The notes under the pieces are model-generated. The model had not been told where the DNA came from, did no database searches, and worked only from the letters and a program-made list of their open reading frames with translations. A stretch of DNA of 64,000 nt from a virus: the IMG/VR virus record IMGVR_UViG_3300035070_003385, positions 1-64,000 of that record; one strand, 5' to 3'. Position numbers and translations under genes: made by a program. How positions within the stretch are numbered: position 1 is the stretch's first letter; every line of letters begins with the position of its first letter. Positions 47,086-56,385 of this stretch are shown piece by piece.

Positions 47086-47114
47086 ATTATAACATAATAG
47101 TTTTAAAATGTCAA
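47086..47114 (-). promoter_or_regulatory. Early sigma70-type promoter (perfect consensus)
   Basis: TTGACA-N17-TATAAT. Confidence 0.88.
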
Positions 47115-47119
47115 TCATT

Positions 47120-47995
47120 TTATGGTCTAAAAGCTCGTTTTGTTTTTTTATAATTTTTAGGGTTAGAACTTTTTGAAGCTGTAGGAGTCATACCCAATGT
47201 GCTTACGGCACCTAAAGATCCTTTAAATATATAACTTCCTACATGTTGCAATTCCATCCATGGACACATATGCAATTTGATTCCAATTTTTGTAGCATTC
47301 CTACAAAAGAAATAATCTTCTGATAAATATCTTTTTGAATTTGGGTCTATTTCGCAATCAAAAAAAGCTGTAATTTCGTGAGTTCCGTCAAAGTTTTTTG
47401 TTCTTACATGGTCTGGAATATATTTAAGTTCTGGATATGCTTCTGAGTATTTTTCCAATACTTCACGTGGTATTAACATAAATCCTGTTCCTGCTTCGCT
47501 TACTGCAACAGGTTCGTTTATTTTAAATGATTTTACACCTTCCGCCATATTAAAAACGTAATCGCCAGCATAATAGTCAAGGTCAAACGGATTTTCATCA
47601 GCCTTTCCTAACTCAACTGCAGTCTTAATTTTTTCCCATGCAATAGTCTTTTTAGGATATGGCCCTGTCATAATATCGTAGTTTTCTGGTTGCATTGTTT
47701 GAATTCCTAATAACGTTAATACGTCATTAGCTTTAAATCCAATATCTGAATCAATAAACATCAAGTGGGTGCAATCCGAGCGAAGAAATTCATCTGCTAC
47801 GTAATTTCTTGCACGCTGAACTAAGCTTTCATTAAACAAATAATAAAACTTAAGCTCAATTCCGTATTTTGCACACATTGCCGAAAGATCGTTAGTCGAT
47901 TTACAAAACGACCCTGCGCATTGACCACCGTACATTGGTGCTCCAATAAATAATTTGTATTTTTGCAAATGTTCTGTTGTAATTTGGATATCCAT
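47120..47995 (-). CDS. GT-A fold glycosyltransferase-like protein
   Basis: LFIGAPMYGG, LVQRARN, THLMFIDSDIGF (DxD), LSEDYFFC, ELQHVG. Confidence 0.8.
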   Translation of the reverse strand: MDIQITTEHLQKYKLFIGAPMYGGQCAGSFCKSTNDLSAMCAKYGIELKFYYLFNESLVQRARNYVADEFLRSDCTHLMFIDSDIGFKANDVLTLLGIQTMQPENYDIMTGPYPKKTIAWEKIKTAVELGKADENPFDLDYYAGDYVFNMAEGVKSFKINEPVAVSEAGTGFMLIPREVLEKYSEAYPELKYIPDHVRTKNFDGTHEITAFFDCEIDPNSKRYLSEDYFFCRNATKIGIKLHMCPWMELQHVGSYIFKGSLGAVSTLGMTPTASKSSNPKNYKKTKRAFRP

Positions 47996-48005
47996 AATAT
48001 ATTCC

Positions 48006-48632
48006 TTAAAGTAATTCTAAATCGTTTTCTGCACGATGTATTTGTTGAAATCTAATTACGTCAGCAAGAATATCCCAGGCACTATCGTGTTTTTTAAAGT
48101 TTTTATTCCAAGTATTTTCATCGATCATTGGAATAAAACCGTTTTGTTTTGGGAAGTTTAGCTTTGCATCAATATAAGTACGAGTATCGCGAACTTTCCA
48201 ATATTTAAGGTATTCCTCGAGATGAAGCAATTTATCTTCAGCTTCAAAAATACGAGAAAGAATGATTGGGTCAAACGTATTAGAACGGCTCCACCAATAA
48301 TCTATTTTTGGAGAATCAATTAAAAACTCATGAAAGCTTTTTACGAATTCTTTAACTGTTAGATCTGATTTTTTCGGAGAAACATTTGCACGGACCTCAG
48401 GATCTTGCTCTTCCCAAAATTGCAAAGTACTTTTATCAATTTCCCACCCATAGTTTTTAACCTGGTCAGCAACCGAAAGCTTAAACTTTTTTGTTTCGGT
48501 TATACTATTAAGTGTATATGGATTTGACAAAAAGCGATCCATATTAAATACCATTACAGAACAATCTACGATAGCGCACTTTGATGCGTCCTTACCCATA
48601 GTTTCAAAATCAATAATAAAGTGATTACTCAT
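48006..48632 (-). CDS. dexA: 3'-5' exonuclease, DexA-like (DEDD)
   Basis: HFIIDFETMG, WWSRSNTFD, YWKVRDTRT, HDSAWDILAD. Confidence 0.8.
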   Translation of the reverse strand: MSNHFIIDFETMGKDASKCAIVDCSVMVFNMDRFLSNPYTLNSITETKKFKLSVADQVKNYGWEIDKSTLQFWEEQDPEVRANVSPKKSDLTVKEFVKSFHEFLIDSPKIDYWWSRSNTFDPIILSRIFEAEDKLLHLEEYLKYWKVRDTRTYIDAKLNFPKQNGFIPMIDENTWNKNFKKHDSAWDILADVIRFQQIHRAENDLELL

Positions 48633-49843
48633 GCAAAGAATTCCTCCAATGTTGCCATATCAGTTTTCCCGAGCGGATCGTTTTCCATTCTTTCATAATG
48701 ATTATTTTGGCGTAAATAATTTGTATCAGATAGTTTTAATTCTCCACGAATAAACTTACCAATTTCAGTGTGTATATCTCGAGACGTAGGTACTGGCACG
48801 TTCTGGGCAATGTGGTTCATTTTTGCGAGGCCACCAACGAGTTCAAAGTCGTCAGGAAATCCCATCATGTGCAGTGCCTCACGTATAGTTAAAGAACGAT
48901 CGTGGATAGGATGAATAGTATCGGCAAGGTTTCTACCGATTACCGCATTCATACACTCGTTGAAAACATGAGTAGAGCTGTCCCATACTCCTTTACCAGC
49001 CGCAAACTTTTTAATTGCATGATCTGATACCTTAATTCCGCGTTCGTGGCCAATGTCTTTAAACCACTCGTTTGCTTCTTCGAGTAATCCTTGGCGTTGG
49101 ATATACGTAAAGGCAGTAATGTTTTGATTGCGAATTAAAATATCCCTTGGATTTTCGTTTGTTTTGGATTTAAGAAACTGGAAGTATGGTTCATCATCGA
49201 GCTTTTGGTTAATAATTAAATCCTGCTGTAGAGTCTTTTCATCAACCTCAGTTATATAGTCCCTAAAGTTTTTACGATCTCGTTTGTACCAGGACATGAT
49301 TGGAGCTTTTTCTGATTTCCAGCCGATCGCAAAGGTACGATCGCGAGCCTGAGGAATACCGTGATACTTAGTAGAAGTTTTATATAGAGTTAAACTATAA
49401 CCTCTTTTGTTGCAAATGTCAAACAAATTGTTCGCAACTTCACGACCTTTATTTGTATATAGCGCTGGAGCATTCTCAACTACAACTGCCTTTGCTCCGA
49501 ATAAATCAAAACCGTCCTCAAATACTTTGTACATCCATTCGTTTTTTGCACAACCTGCGCCTTTTGCTTCCTCGGTCTTACCAGTATTTAATTGCGATAG
49601 CGCAGCACAAGGTGGAGTACCCGATACAACGTCAACCTTATGAATAGGTGGACCTTCGTCTAGGAGTCGATATTCCAATCCACGACCTTTTACATTATTC
49701 TGATAGTTGACATAGTGACTATCATTTGCCTGAAATCCATCGTAGGAATAGATTGCCTCTGGCGGTTTACCAAAAGCCTTTTCCGCTCCTAGCATTTGGC
49801 CACCGATAAGTGGTATATGTGATGCCCATGTAATATTGCTCAT
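48629..49843 (-). CDS. C5-cytosine methyltransferase-like enzyme with degenerate SAM-binding motifs and a clamp-binding-like C-terminal tail
   Basis: Motif IV GTPPC, motif VI ENAP and motif VIII PQARDRTF are intact; LTIREALHMMGFPDDF present; motif I reads HIPLIGG and motif X reads AQNV; ends ATLEEFFA. Confidence 0.85.
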   Translation of the reverse strand: MSNITWASHIPLIGGQMLGAEKAFGKPPEAIYSYDGFQANDSHYVNYQNNVKGRGLEYRLLDEGPPIHKVDVVSGTPPCAALSQLNTGKTEEAKGAGCAKNEWMYKVFEDGFDLFGAKAVVVENAPALYTNKGREVANNLFDICNKRGYSLTLYKTSTKYHGIPQARDRTFAIGWKSEKAPIMSWYKRDRKNFRDYITEVDEKTLQQDLIINQKLDDEPYFQFLKSKTNENPRDILIRNQNITAFTYIQRQGLLEEANEWFKDIGHERGIKVSDHAIKKFAAGKGVWDSSTHVFNECMNAVIGRNLADTIHPIHDRSLTIREALHMMGFPDDFELVGGLAKMNHIAQNVPVPTSRDIHTEIGKFIRGELKLSDTNYLRQNNHYERMENDPLGKTDMATLEEFFA

Positions 49844-49855
49844 TATTCTTATTCC

Positions 49856-51100
49856 TTATGCAAAAAAGTCTTCAAGTGTAGCTACAGTTTTCTTTTTATA
49901 CTTGCTAGTATCCGGGCGGGTATAACTTGGATCCACTGAGGACATAATCTTGTTGTTTATAAATGTACCGTCGTAATATTCTGGTTTAAGAATTGCTTTA
50001 CGCAAATTGGTAAGTACTTGTTCATACCGCTCTTTATTTTCAATAAGAGTCTGCATGCGTTCGTAAAACTCGGATGGAGTCTGTGGACGAAGAAACATCG
50101 GAATGGGCAGATGCCCTTGAGTATCATATGAAGGATGTAAAAAAGGAATTACACCTGCATGTATCATTTCAATATACTTAGATGTAGTCCAACCTTCTTT
50201 AATCGGAATGATGAAGGTAAACTTTACATCTTGTAACTTATTCTGCAGTTCACTAAGATGAAGGGATCCTTTGAAACGGCTGTCATCTCCAATTACATCT
50301 GACCATTTACCATATACTTCTACTTCATTAAACTTATTCAGGACCCATTCCTTGAGTAAGTTATAACGAGATGGTTTACCTTCGTTGAGAACGACCATAA
50401 AGTTTGTATTGCGATCTGTGTTTACTTGTTCACTATATTCATAATCACCACAGAACGCGGTTTCCATACCAGCATATTCTGATTTCACGATACGAGTAAT
50501 ACGTTCCTGGTCTTCGTAGTTACGAATAGCAAACGTCTCATATTCATAATCATACTGACCGAGAGATTTCATCGGCATATGGAATAAATCACGCGGTTGT
50601 TTTATCGTATAGCGAGGATCATTTACGATTTCAACGTAAGGTGGCTTTTCTTCATTCAGCCACGCGATAATTGGAGTCGTGTACCACTTGGACATATCAA
50701 GAGTTGCGGCAGGTTTTCCGTCGTTCCCTTCTCTTACCTTTTGAATACGATTTGGAATAGTTACGTTACTCATTTGACCAATCATCATAATTGTAAAGTC
50801 GAGTGTAATATTTTTTTCCTTAAAGTAGGTAATGATATGATTAAAATAAGCTTCTGACATAGACAATGGAATCCCTTGCCATATATCAATCACGTTATCA
50901 TATGTAAATAATTTGGTTTTTTCGGCATCAGATAGAGTAGCATAATCAGAACGACCTATGATATAAAAATTTTTATCCGGATTGTTATTTGCTACAGCGC
51001 GTAGAGTACACGATGCTTCGTTGTCTCCACCGATTGGAGAATACTTGTTTGTTCTAAATTTAATAGATTTGCCTACTTTTGCAAAGCCAATGTTTTTCAT
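49856..51100 (-). CDS. DNA glycosyltransferase, T4 beta-glucosyltransferase (GT-B)-like
   Basis: By-eye block matches to T4 BGT: MKNIGFAKVGKSIKF, EIVNDPRY, VEVYGK, FKGSLHLSELQNKLQDVKFTFII, TSKYIEMIHAGVIPFLHPSYDT; ends ATLEDFFA. Confidence 0.75.
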   Translation of the reverse strand: MKNIGFAKVGKSIKFRTNKYSPIGGDNEASCTLRAVANNNPDKNFYIIGRSDYATLSDAEKTKLFTYDNVIDIWQGIPLSMSEAYFNHIITYFKEKNITLDFTIMMIGQMSNVTIPNRIQKVREGNDGKPAATLDMSKWYTTPIIAWLNEEKPPYVEIVNDPRYTIKQPRDLFHMPMKSLGQYDYEYETFAIRNYEDQERITRIVKSEYAGMETAFCGDYEYSEQVNTDRNTNFMVVLNEGKPSRYNLLKEWVLNKFNEVEVYGKWSDVIGDDSRFKGSLHLSELQNKLQDVKFTFIIPIKEGWTTSKYIEMIHAGVIPFLHPSYDTQGHLPIPMFLRPQTPSEFYERMQTLIENKERYEQVLTNLRKAILKPEYYDGTFINNKIMSSVDPSYTRPDTSKYKKKTVATLEDFFA

Positions 51101-51101
51101 T

Positions 51102-51464
51102 TTAATCCCATTCTATAAATTTGACAAAGTCTTGCGGTAGCATTGCTTTGTCATCAACATAATAAATGCCGTATGGTTTACCCCATACTATTTCGTCGTA
51201 TGGTACCTCGTGCTTTTCCAACCAATCAGTTGTAATTTTTCCGACATCATCGATGATTTTATTTATATCGCCGTCATGAGTTACCATCCTACGAGCAGTA
51301 TGAATAACTATCCTATAGCCTTTTTCTTTTGCCTTTTTTAAACTATTAATCATTTCTTTTTTGGGACTTGCCATTCCATACTTTTTATGGCTATCTTTTC
51401 TTCCGTGAATTGGAATGCAGATAGTATCGTCAAGATCCATTACTATTGTTTGTTGCGTATTCAT
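51102..51464 (-). CDS. HAD-superfamily phosphatase (capsule-biosynthesis phosphatase-like)
   Basis: DLDDTIC motif I, IHTAR motif II, GKP...YYVDDKA. Confidence 0.88.
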   Translation of the reverse strand: MNTQQTIVMDLDDTICIPIHGRKDSHKKYGMASPKKEMINSLKKAKEKGYRIVIHTARRMVTHDGDINKIIDDVGKITTDWLEKHEVPYDEIVWGKPYGIYYVDDKAMLPQDFVKFIEWD

Positions 51465-52920
51465 TCACATAATCTCTCATTCGTTTTTGCCTATCAGTAC
51501 AGTCATAATGCAGTTTAATACAAGTAGCAATAAGCAACGCACCGCCGTCAATAATTTCATTATACTCTGCTTTATAGTATTTGTCAACTAGTTTTTCAAA
51601 ACTTTTTGCAACATACTCTGGATATTTATGCCCGGTCACTAGTTCATTATAACCGTGGTAAAGATCGTGTGATAGTTTGCACATATCGTATAAGTGATCT
51701 CCACCACATCCTATATGATCACCATAAGAGCCTCGAGGGTCTAACAATGTAATACTGTCGTTGTATGGATTATATAATATGTTTGCGAAATGCAAGTCTC
51801 CATGCATAGCTGCAACTGGTTTTGCTTTTTCGAGACAACGTTTTGCCAAATCATTATAATAATCTTCAGAACATTCTAAACGTTCTGCTGTTTTATCAAC
51901 CCACATTTTTTTAGCATTATTTTGAAAGTCAACTGCAAACTTAAGTGTTGGTTGTTTATGAAAATGATTTTGCATTGCAATAATTACTTTTTCAATCAAA
52001 TAATCTATGGTGCTGTTTGATATATCTTCGTGTGCAAATAAATCAGACAATAAAACACCTGACTCATATGACATTGATAAAGCATAATCATCTTTAAGCA
52101 TCTTAGGAATAAACATACTTTGAACTGAATCGAGCGATTCGTACCAATTCTTTTCGTTCATTATGGTTCGTACCGCAAAGGTATTATTGTGAGATGGGAT
52201 TTTTGTAATAACGTTAATATCTGATTTGTATTCAAAAGAATTAAATTCACGTGCTTTGAATGTAAGGAACTCAGCGCAAGTTTTATGATATGACGCAATG
52301 TCTCCAATATCATACCAACGCTCAGTGCTTATATTATTAAACTTGACATTATATCCATACAATTCAAGCGCGTCGGATATATCATACTCTTTTGTATTAA
52401 TAAATGACTGCGCAGCTTTAAACCCATCAGCAAAACTATATAAACCTACGAGTGCTACCGCATCTCTAACAGTTTCTTTAGGTTTATTATAATACTGATT
52501 TCCATCCCACATACACCATGCAGAGTGATCTTCAACTTTTTTAGTTAAAAGAAAGTCTTCACCCAATGGCATGTTTTCTTCAAGGATAATAGCATCGCCT
52601 AACCAAACTACAAGAGGATTTGCAAAATCTAACAAAGATTGACATCCAACCGCTATAGCATCACGGGGACCGTTTAACGATCCCTGCTTTACACATTCAA
52701 TATTATTATATTTGCTTTTAGATGCCCATTCACGTATATCATTATGCTTGCCATCAACAATAATAATTTTACCTACATCAGGGGTGTTTTTATAAATGGA
52801 CTCAATGATATATTCAATTGTAGGCTTTCCGTGAACTCTGACCATAGCCTTTGAGCAATTTGATGTTAAAGGCCGAAGTCGAGTTGCTTCACCTGCTGCT
52901 GGTATTACTACATTGATCAT
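51430..52920 (-). CDS. Sugar-phosphate nucleotidyltransferase fused to an APH/choline-kinase-like phosphotransferase
   Basis: N-terminal VVIPAAGEATRLRPLT...KAMV and WYDIG; C-terminal MHGDLHFANIL...LLDPRG. Start set to the ATG at 52920 (GGAG SD). Confidence 0.88.
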   Translation of the reverse strand: MINVVIPAAGEATRLRPLTSNCSKAMVRVHGKPTIEYIIESIYKNTPDVGKIIIVDGKHNDIREWASKSKYNNIECVKQGSLNGPRDAIAVGCQSLLDFANPLVVWLGDAIILEENMPLGEDFLLTKKVEDHSAWCMWDGNQYYNKPKETVRDAVALVGLYSFADGFKAAQSFINTKEYDISDALELYGYNVKFNNISTERWYDIGDIASYHKTCAEFLTFKAREFNSFEYKSDINVITKIPSHNNTFAVRTIMNEKNWYESLDSVQSMFIPKMLKDDYALSMSYESGVLLSDLFAHEDISNSTIDYLIEKVIIAMQNHFHKQPTLKFAVDFQNNAKKMWVDKTAERLECSEDYYNDLAKRCLEKAKPVAAMHGDLHFANILYNPYNDSITLLDPRGSYGDHIGCGGDHLYDMCKLSHDLYHGYNELVTGHKYPEYVAKSFEKLVDKYYKAEYNEIIDGGALLIATCIKLHYDCTDRQKRMRDYVNEYATNNSNGS

Positions 52921-53557
52921 ACTGTTCTCTCCATGCATCGTATTCATCTTCAAGATTAACCCACTGCATTTTTGTATATTGCGTTTTCGTAGAAAATCGT
53001 CTATCCCATATTATCCACATATAGGCAATCATCCCTCCTATTTGATCCTTCTTTTCAATAGGTTCAACAAGGCCAGAATTAAATTTAGCGCGATCTGATA
53101 AAAATATTATATCACTTGGTGGGTTATTTGTAAATAGTTTTTTTCTCTTTTTTCCTTCAAGAAACGTTAAGCGAAGAAACATTGCAGTATAACTGTATTC
53201 ATCAATCCACTTTTCAGCCAACTTACGAGGCAGGTCCTTATGATACGGTGGATTAGTTACTACACCTTCGGCAAAGTCTTGCTTTGGAGTCTCAAGAGCG
53301 TCGTGTGATGTATTTATGCTACATAGAGAGTCTTCGTATTCGTGTAGGTCATGACTTAAAACATTATGACCATTTCGAGCAAGTTCAACAGAAATGTTAC
53401 CCTTTCCTGCGCAGGGTTCAAAAATGTTTTGCGGTGGTCTATTATATTTGCATAACACGTGGGTAGCGAGCGGAGGAGTTGGGTAGAAATCGTTTTTCTT
53501 ACGATTTGGGTCGTTCTTTTTTACGCCAACGTATATATCGCTAAGACTACTTGCCAT
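52889..53557 (-). CDS. N6-adenine (or N4-cytosine) DNA methyltransferase
   Basis: DFYPTP, FEPCAGKG and TNPPY motifs. Confidence 0.85.
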   Translation of the reverse strand: MASSLSDIYVGVKKNDPNRKKNDFYPTPPLATHVLCKYNRPPQNIFEPCAGKGNISVELARNGHNVLSHDLHEYEDSLCSINTSHDALETPKQDFAEGVVTNPPYHKDLPRKLAEKWIDEYSYTAMFLRLTFLEGKKRKKLFTNNPPSDIIFLSDRAKFNSGLVEPIEKKDQIGGMIAYMWIIWDRRFSTKTQYTKMQWVNLEDEYDAWREQYDQCSNTSSR

Positions 53558-53560
53558 TAA

Positions 53561-54070
53561 TTAAACCTCCAAAACAGTAACTTGCACGCCGCTTTCTTTA
53601 AACATTGGCAAACTTTGTTGTTCCCATACTTCTTGCCAATTACCTTTATCAGTTTTATCTGTTGGTATTACTACACGTTTGACACCAGCTTGAATGACGC
53701 ACTTAGAACATGAAGGGCAAACTGGCAATCCATAAACGTACAAAGTTGCATCTTTAAGACTTACACCTGAATACAAAGCATTCATAAGAGCATTCATTTC
53801 AGCATGAACAATACGTGGATATTTTTCATCTTTATTATTCAGACGTTCTTCAGTATCAGCAATACCTTTTGGAAAACCATTATAACCAGTAGCAAGAATA
53901 CGGCGTTCATCATTTACAGCCACTGCGCCAATTTTACTTGAAGGATCTTTGCTCCAAGTAGAAATCATTTTAGCCATATCCATAAAACGGTTATCCCATT
54001 TTAGTTCTTTTTCGTCTTGTTCTTTATGCATTCTTCGTATACTTTCCTCATAAAATTCATATTCAGCCAT
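53561..54070 (-). CDS. cd: dCMP deaminase
   Basis: WSKDPSSKIGAV, GYNGFP, HAEMNA, PVCPSCSK. Confidence 0.93.
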   Translation of the reverse strand: MAEYEFYEESIRRMHKEQDEKELKWDNRFMDMAKMISTWSKDPSSKIGAVAVNDERRILATGYNGFPKGIADTEERLNNKDEKYPRIVHAEMNALMNALYSGVSLKDATLYVYGLPVCPSCSKCVIQAGVKRVVIPTDKTDKGNWQEVWEQQSLPMFKESGVQVTVLEV

Positions 54071-54172
54071 TAGGTGTTCTCCTTAATCCAAACGCATTCA
54101 CTAACTTTTTTATGCCACAAAGTATTCGGATTCATCAAAGACCCGGAATCCTTCCGCACCATCTAGTACTCA

Positions 54173-54286
54173 TTACTTCTCTCCTATGTAGCTATTTTCT
54201 ATTAGTTCGACAACGCCGGGCGCCACCATAAACAAAAACAAAGACAGTGAAAAAAAGAACATCGCCGCAATTAAATTACCGTTCAT
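54173..54286 (-). CDS. Small membrane peptide (37 aa; not in ORF track)
   Basis: MNGNLIAAMFFFSLSLFLFMVAPGVVELIENSYIGEK*; GGAG SD and ATGA overlap. Confidence 0.65.
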   Translation of the reverse strand: MNGNLIAAMFFFSLSLFLFMVAPGVVELIENSYIGEK

Positions 54287-54483
54287 TTTGTCTCTCCTTT
54301 AATGGACGCATCTGTCACTTTCATCTCGTCCATAAATTCATACATTTCTGCGTTGGTGGGGCAATTTTGATAGTAGCTCCGAACGTTATATCGTGCCAGT
54401 TCACATATACTGTCCAAGTCTAGAGATTCAACATACCGTTGTACTGCTAGATCCAGTTTAGCTTGTGTTTTACTGTCCATCAT
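54283..54483 (-). CDS. Hypothetical protein
   Basis: Coupled small ORF in the early gene array. Confidence 0.7.
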   Translation of the reverse strand: MMDSKTQAKLDLAVQRYVESLDLDSICELARYNVRSYYQNCPTNAEMYEFMDEMKVTDASIKGETK

Positions 54484-54724
54484 GAGTGTATCCTTTGCAT
54501 TTTTGACGAGTCTTCAGTTGAGGATTACCATCTTTATTGATCACCATATGGTATTCGATATCATCTTCAAAACGAGTTACAATACGCTCTAAGCTCTGAC
54601 GTTGAAAAATTGCTTCGCACAGGGGAAGCAATTTTTGCTGTATATTATAAACCTTTTCCAATTCATTTAGCGTGTCAATTTCTTCACGCATAGCGTCTAA
54701 CAGTTTCGCTAGATCATCACTCAT
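54470..54724 (-). CDS. Hypothetical protein (MSDDL family start)
   Basis: TAATG-coupled ORF. Confidence 0.7.
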   Translation of the reverse strand: MSDDLAKLLDAMREEIDTLNELEKVYNIQQKLLPLCEAIFQRQSLERIVTRFEDDIEYHMVINKDGNPQLKTRQKCKGYTHDGQ

Positions 54725-55053
54725 TACTCTTTTCCTTTAAGTTCTGCGAGGGCAGCGCGGGCAATCATGTTGCCATCGCTGTTGCCGTAAAGGTCGCCGT
54801 TACCCAGCCGTGCCAGCTTCTCTAAAGACTCCACCGCCTGCGCCAGCTTGGTCTCAAGTTCTTCGATTCGGTAAAACTTTAAAGCCGTCACCGCCTTTTC
54901 CAGCTTGGCTTCAAGTTCTTCAATCCGCTCCGCTGCTGTGTCTAGAAGGTTCTCGCTGTCGTATAATACGGGCCAGGACATTTCGTAAAAAACATTTGAT
55001 TTATTTCTCAACCGCTTCACTATATTTGAGTTATTTCTTAGATCATCACTCAT
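54724..55053 (-). CDS. Hypothetical coiled-coil protein (MSDDL...RIEELEAKL...AELKG)
   Basis: Internal tandem duplication RIEELEAKL/RIEELETKL. Confidence 0.75.
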   Translation of the reverse strand: MSDDLRNNSNIVKRLRNKSNVFYEMSWPVLYDSENLLDTAAERIEELEAKLEKAVTALKFYRIEELETKLAQAVESLEKLARLGNGDLYGNSDGNMIARAALAELKGKE

Positions 55054-55469
55054 TACTTATCTCCTTTGAGTTCTGCGACCCTGTTGCGTCGTTCCTGCCA
55101 CCAGTTATCGTAGCTTTCTGATCGCCAGAAATACCCGCATTCATCAAGAGCCATTTCTAACGCCTCTTCCAGCTTGGCCTCAAGTTCTTTGATCCTGTCT
55201 GCCGCTTCATAACACAAAGCATCTGTTTTGAATTCGCTTATGACTCCAGATACACCTGCTGCGGGTGAGGCTACAAAGACCGTACCATCACGCAGCCGTT
55301 TTACTAATTCGTTCTTTGGCTCGTGCGTCCAACTATACCTTCCGTCAACGTGTGTGCAATCGTTACACAGAGGCTGGCCGCAAGTAAAGCCAGCTATATC
55401 CACATCACACCTCCCATTAGTCACACATCCGCATCCACTGCATTTCTTTAGACCGTCACCCATTATCAA
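55053..55469 (-). CDS. Cys-rich N-terminal domain fused to a RIKELEAKL coiled-coil block
   Basis: CSGCGC...CGQPLCNDC; LVKRLR; ends AELKGDK. Confidence 0.75.
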   Translation of the reverse strand: MIMGDGLKKCSGCGCVTNGRCDVDIAGFTCGQPLCNDCTHVDGRYSWTHEPKNELVKRLRDGTVFVASPAAGVSGVISEFKTDALCYEAADRIKELEAKLEEALEMALDECGYFWRSESYDNWWQERRNRVAELKGDK

Positions 55470-55708
55470 TACCTTCTTTGTCTGTGAAGTTTATCTCTTA
55501 CTCTATTAGTATACACGTTATTGTTATTCTTGTCAACCAGCTCCAATAACAAATCAAGGTCATCGTCATCTAGTTTGTCATCCCATCCCATAACCTCTTT
55601 GAGAGATTTTTTCTGTACATAATATCCACGAGCTTTAAGTTCGCGTACAATCTCTTCGTCACCGAACTCGTCCAAATCTACGTCTACTTCAACTGTTACA
55701 TATGTCAT
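55466..55708 (-). CDS. Hypothetical acidic protein
   Basis: Coupled ORF. Confidence 0.7.
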   Translation of the reverse strand: MTYVTVEVDVDLDEFGDEEIVRELKARGYYVQKKSLKEVMGWDDKLDDDDLDLLLELVDKNNNNVYTNRVRDKLHRQRRY

Positions 55709-56218
55709 TTATGTATCCTTATACTCTAAGCTAGTCCAGTACTTCCCTGCGATCTGACCATGAACATTACCAAAGACATTACCTAAGACACTACCTTTGA
55801 CAGTACCTCCGACACTGCCTCCGATGCTGCCTACAACATCGCCTTTGACATTGTAATAGACGTGACCTCCGACATCTCCACAGACATTGCCTACAACATC
55901 GCCTTTGACATTGTTATGGACATCACCTCCGACACTGCCTCCGACATAACCTCCGATATCACCATAGACATCACCCAAGACATTACCTTCGACATTGCCT
56001 TCGACATTACCTTCGACATTACCATAGACATTACCATAGACATTACCCAAGACATTACCTTCAACATAGCCTTTGACATTGCCTTTCACAGTACCTACAA
56101 CATCGCCTTCGACATTACCTAAGACATTCTTAATAAACAAAACTCCGTCTTCGTTCTCATTGAATGTAATAAGCTTTGCGAGTTGATCTAGTTGGCTTTG
56201 AGTTAAATTAGTTTTCAT
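55709..56218 (-). CDS. GxVx tetrapeptide-repeat (beta-solenoid) protein
   Basis: About 30 consecutive G-[NDTYSH]-V-x units; ATGA overlap at 56218. Confidence 0.8.
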   Translation of the reverse strand: MKTNLTQSQLDQLAKLITFNENEDGVLFIKNVLGNVEGDVVGTVKGNVKGYVEGNVLGNVYGNVYGNVEGNVEGNVEGNVLGDVYGDIGGYVGGSVGGDVHNNVKGDVVGNVCGDVGGHVYYNVKGDVVGSIGGSVGGTVKGSVLGNVFGNVHGQIAGKYWTSLEYKDT

Positions 56219-56385
56219 GTGCAACTACCTTCTATTAAGGTTTTACCTGCGTTGATACAAGCCATTTTTAATTCGTGTTCCAATCGCCGTTCTAGGTTCA
56301 TGTCCATGTATCGGCCAAGGCCGGGCAACACTAAAGCCGAAGCAAAAATAGCGATAAATGCCAGGGTGATTAAATCATTTTTCAT
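56215..56385 (-). CDS. Small membrane-anchored protein
   Basis: N-terminal hydrophobic helix; GGAGA SD; first gene after the promoter at 56433. Confidence 0.7.
   Translation of the reverse strand: MKNDLITLAFIAIFASALVLPGLGRYMDMNLERRLEHELKMACINAGKTLIEGSCT

Noticed and set aside
55862-56122. Extra ORFs on both strands over the GxVx gene
   Set aside because: Frame shadows of the 12-bp repeat.
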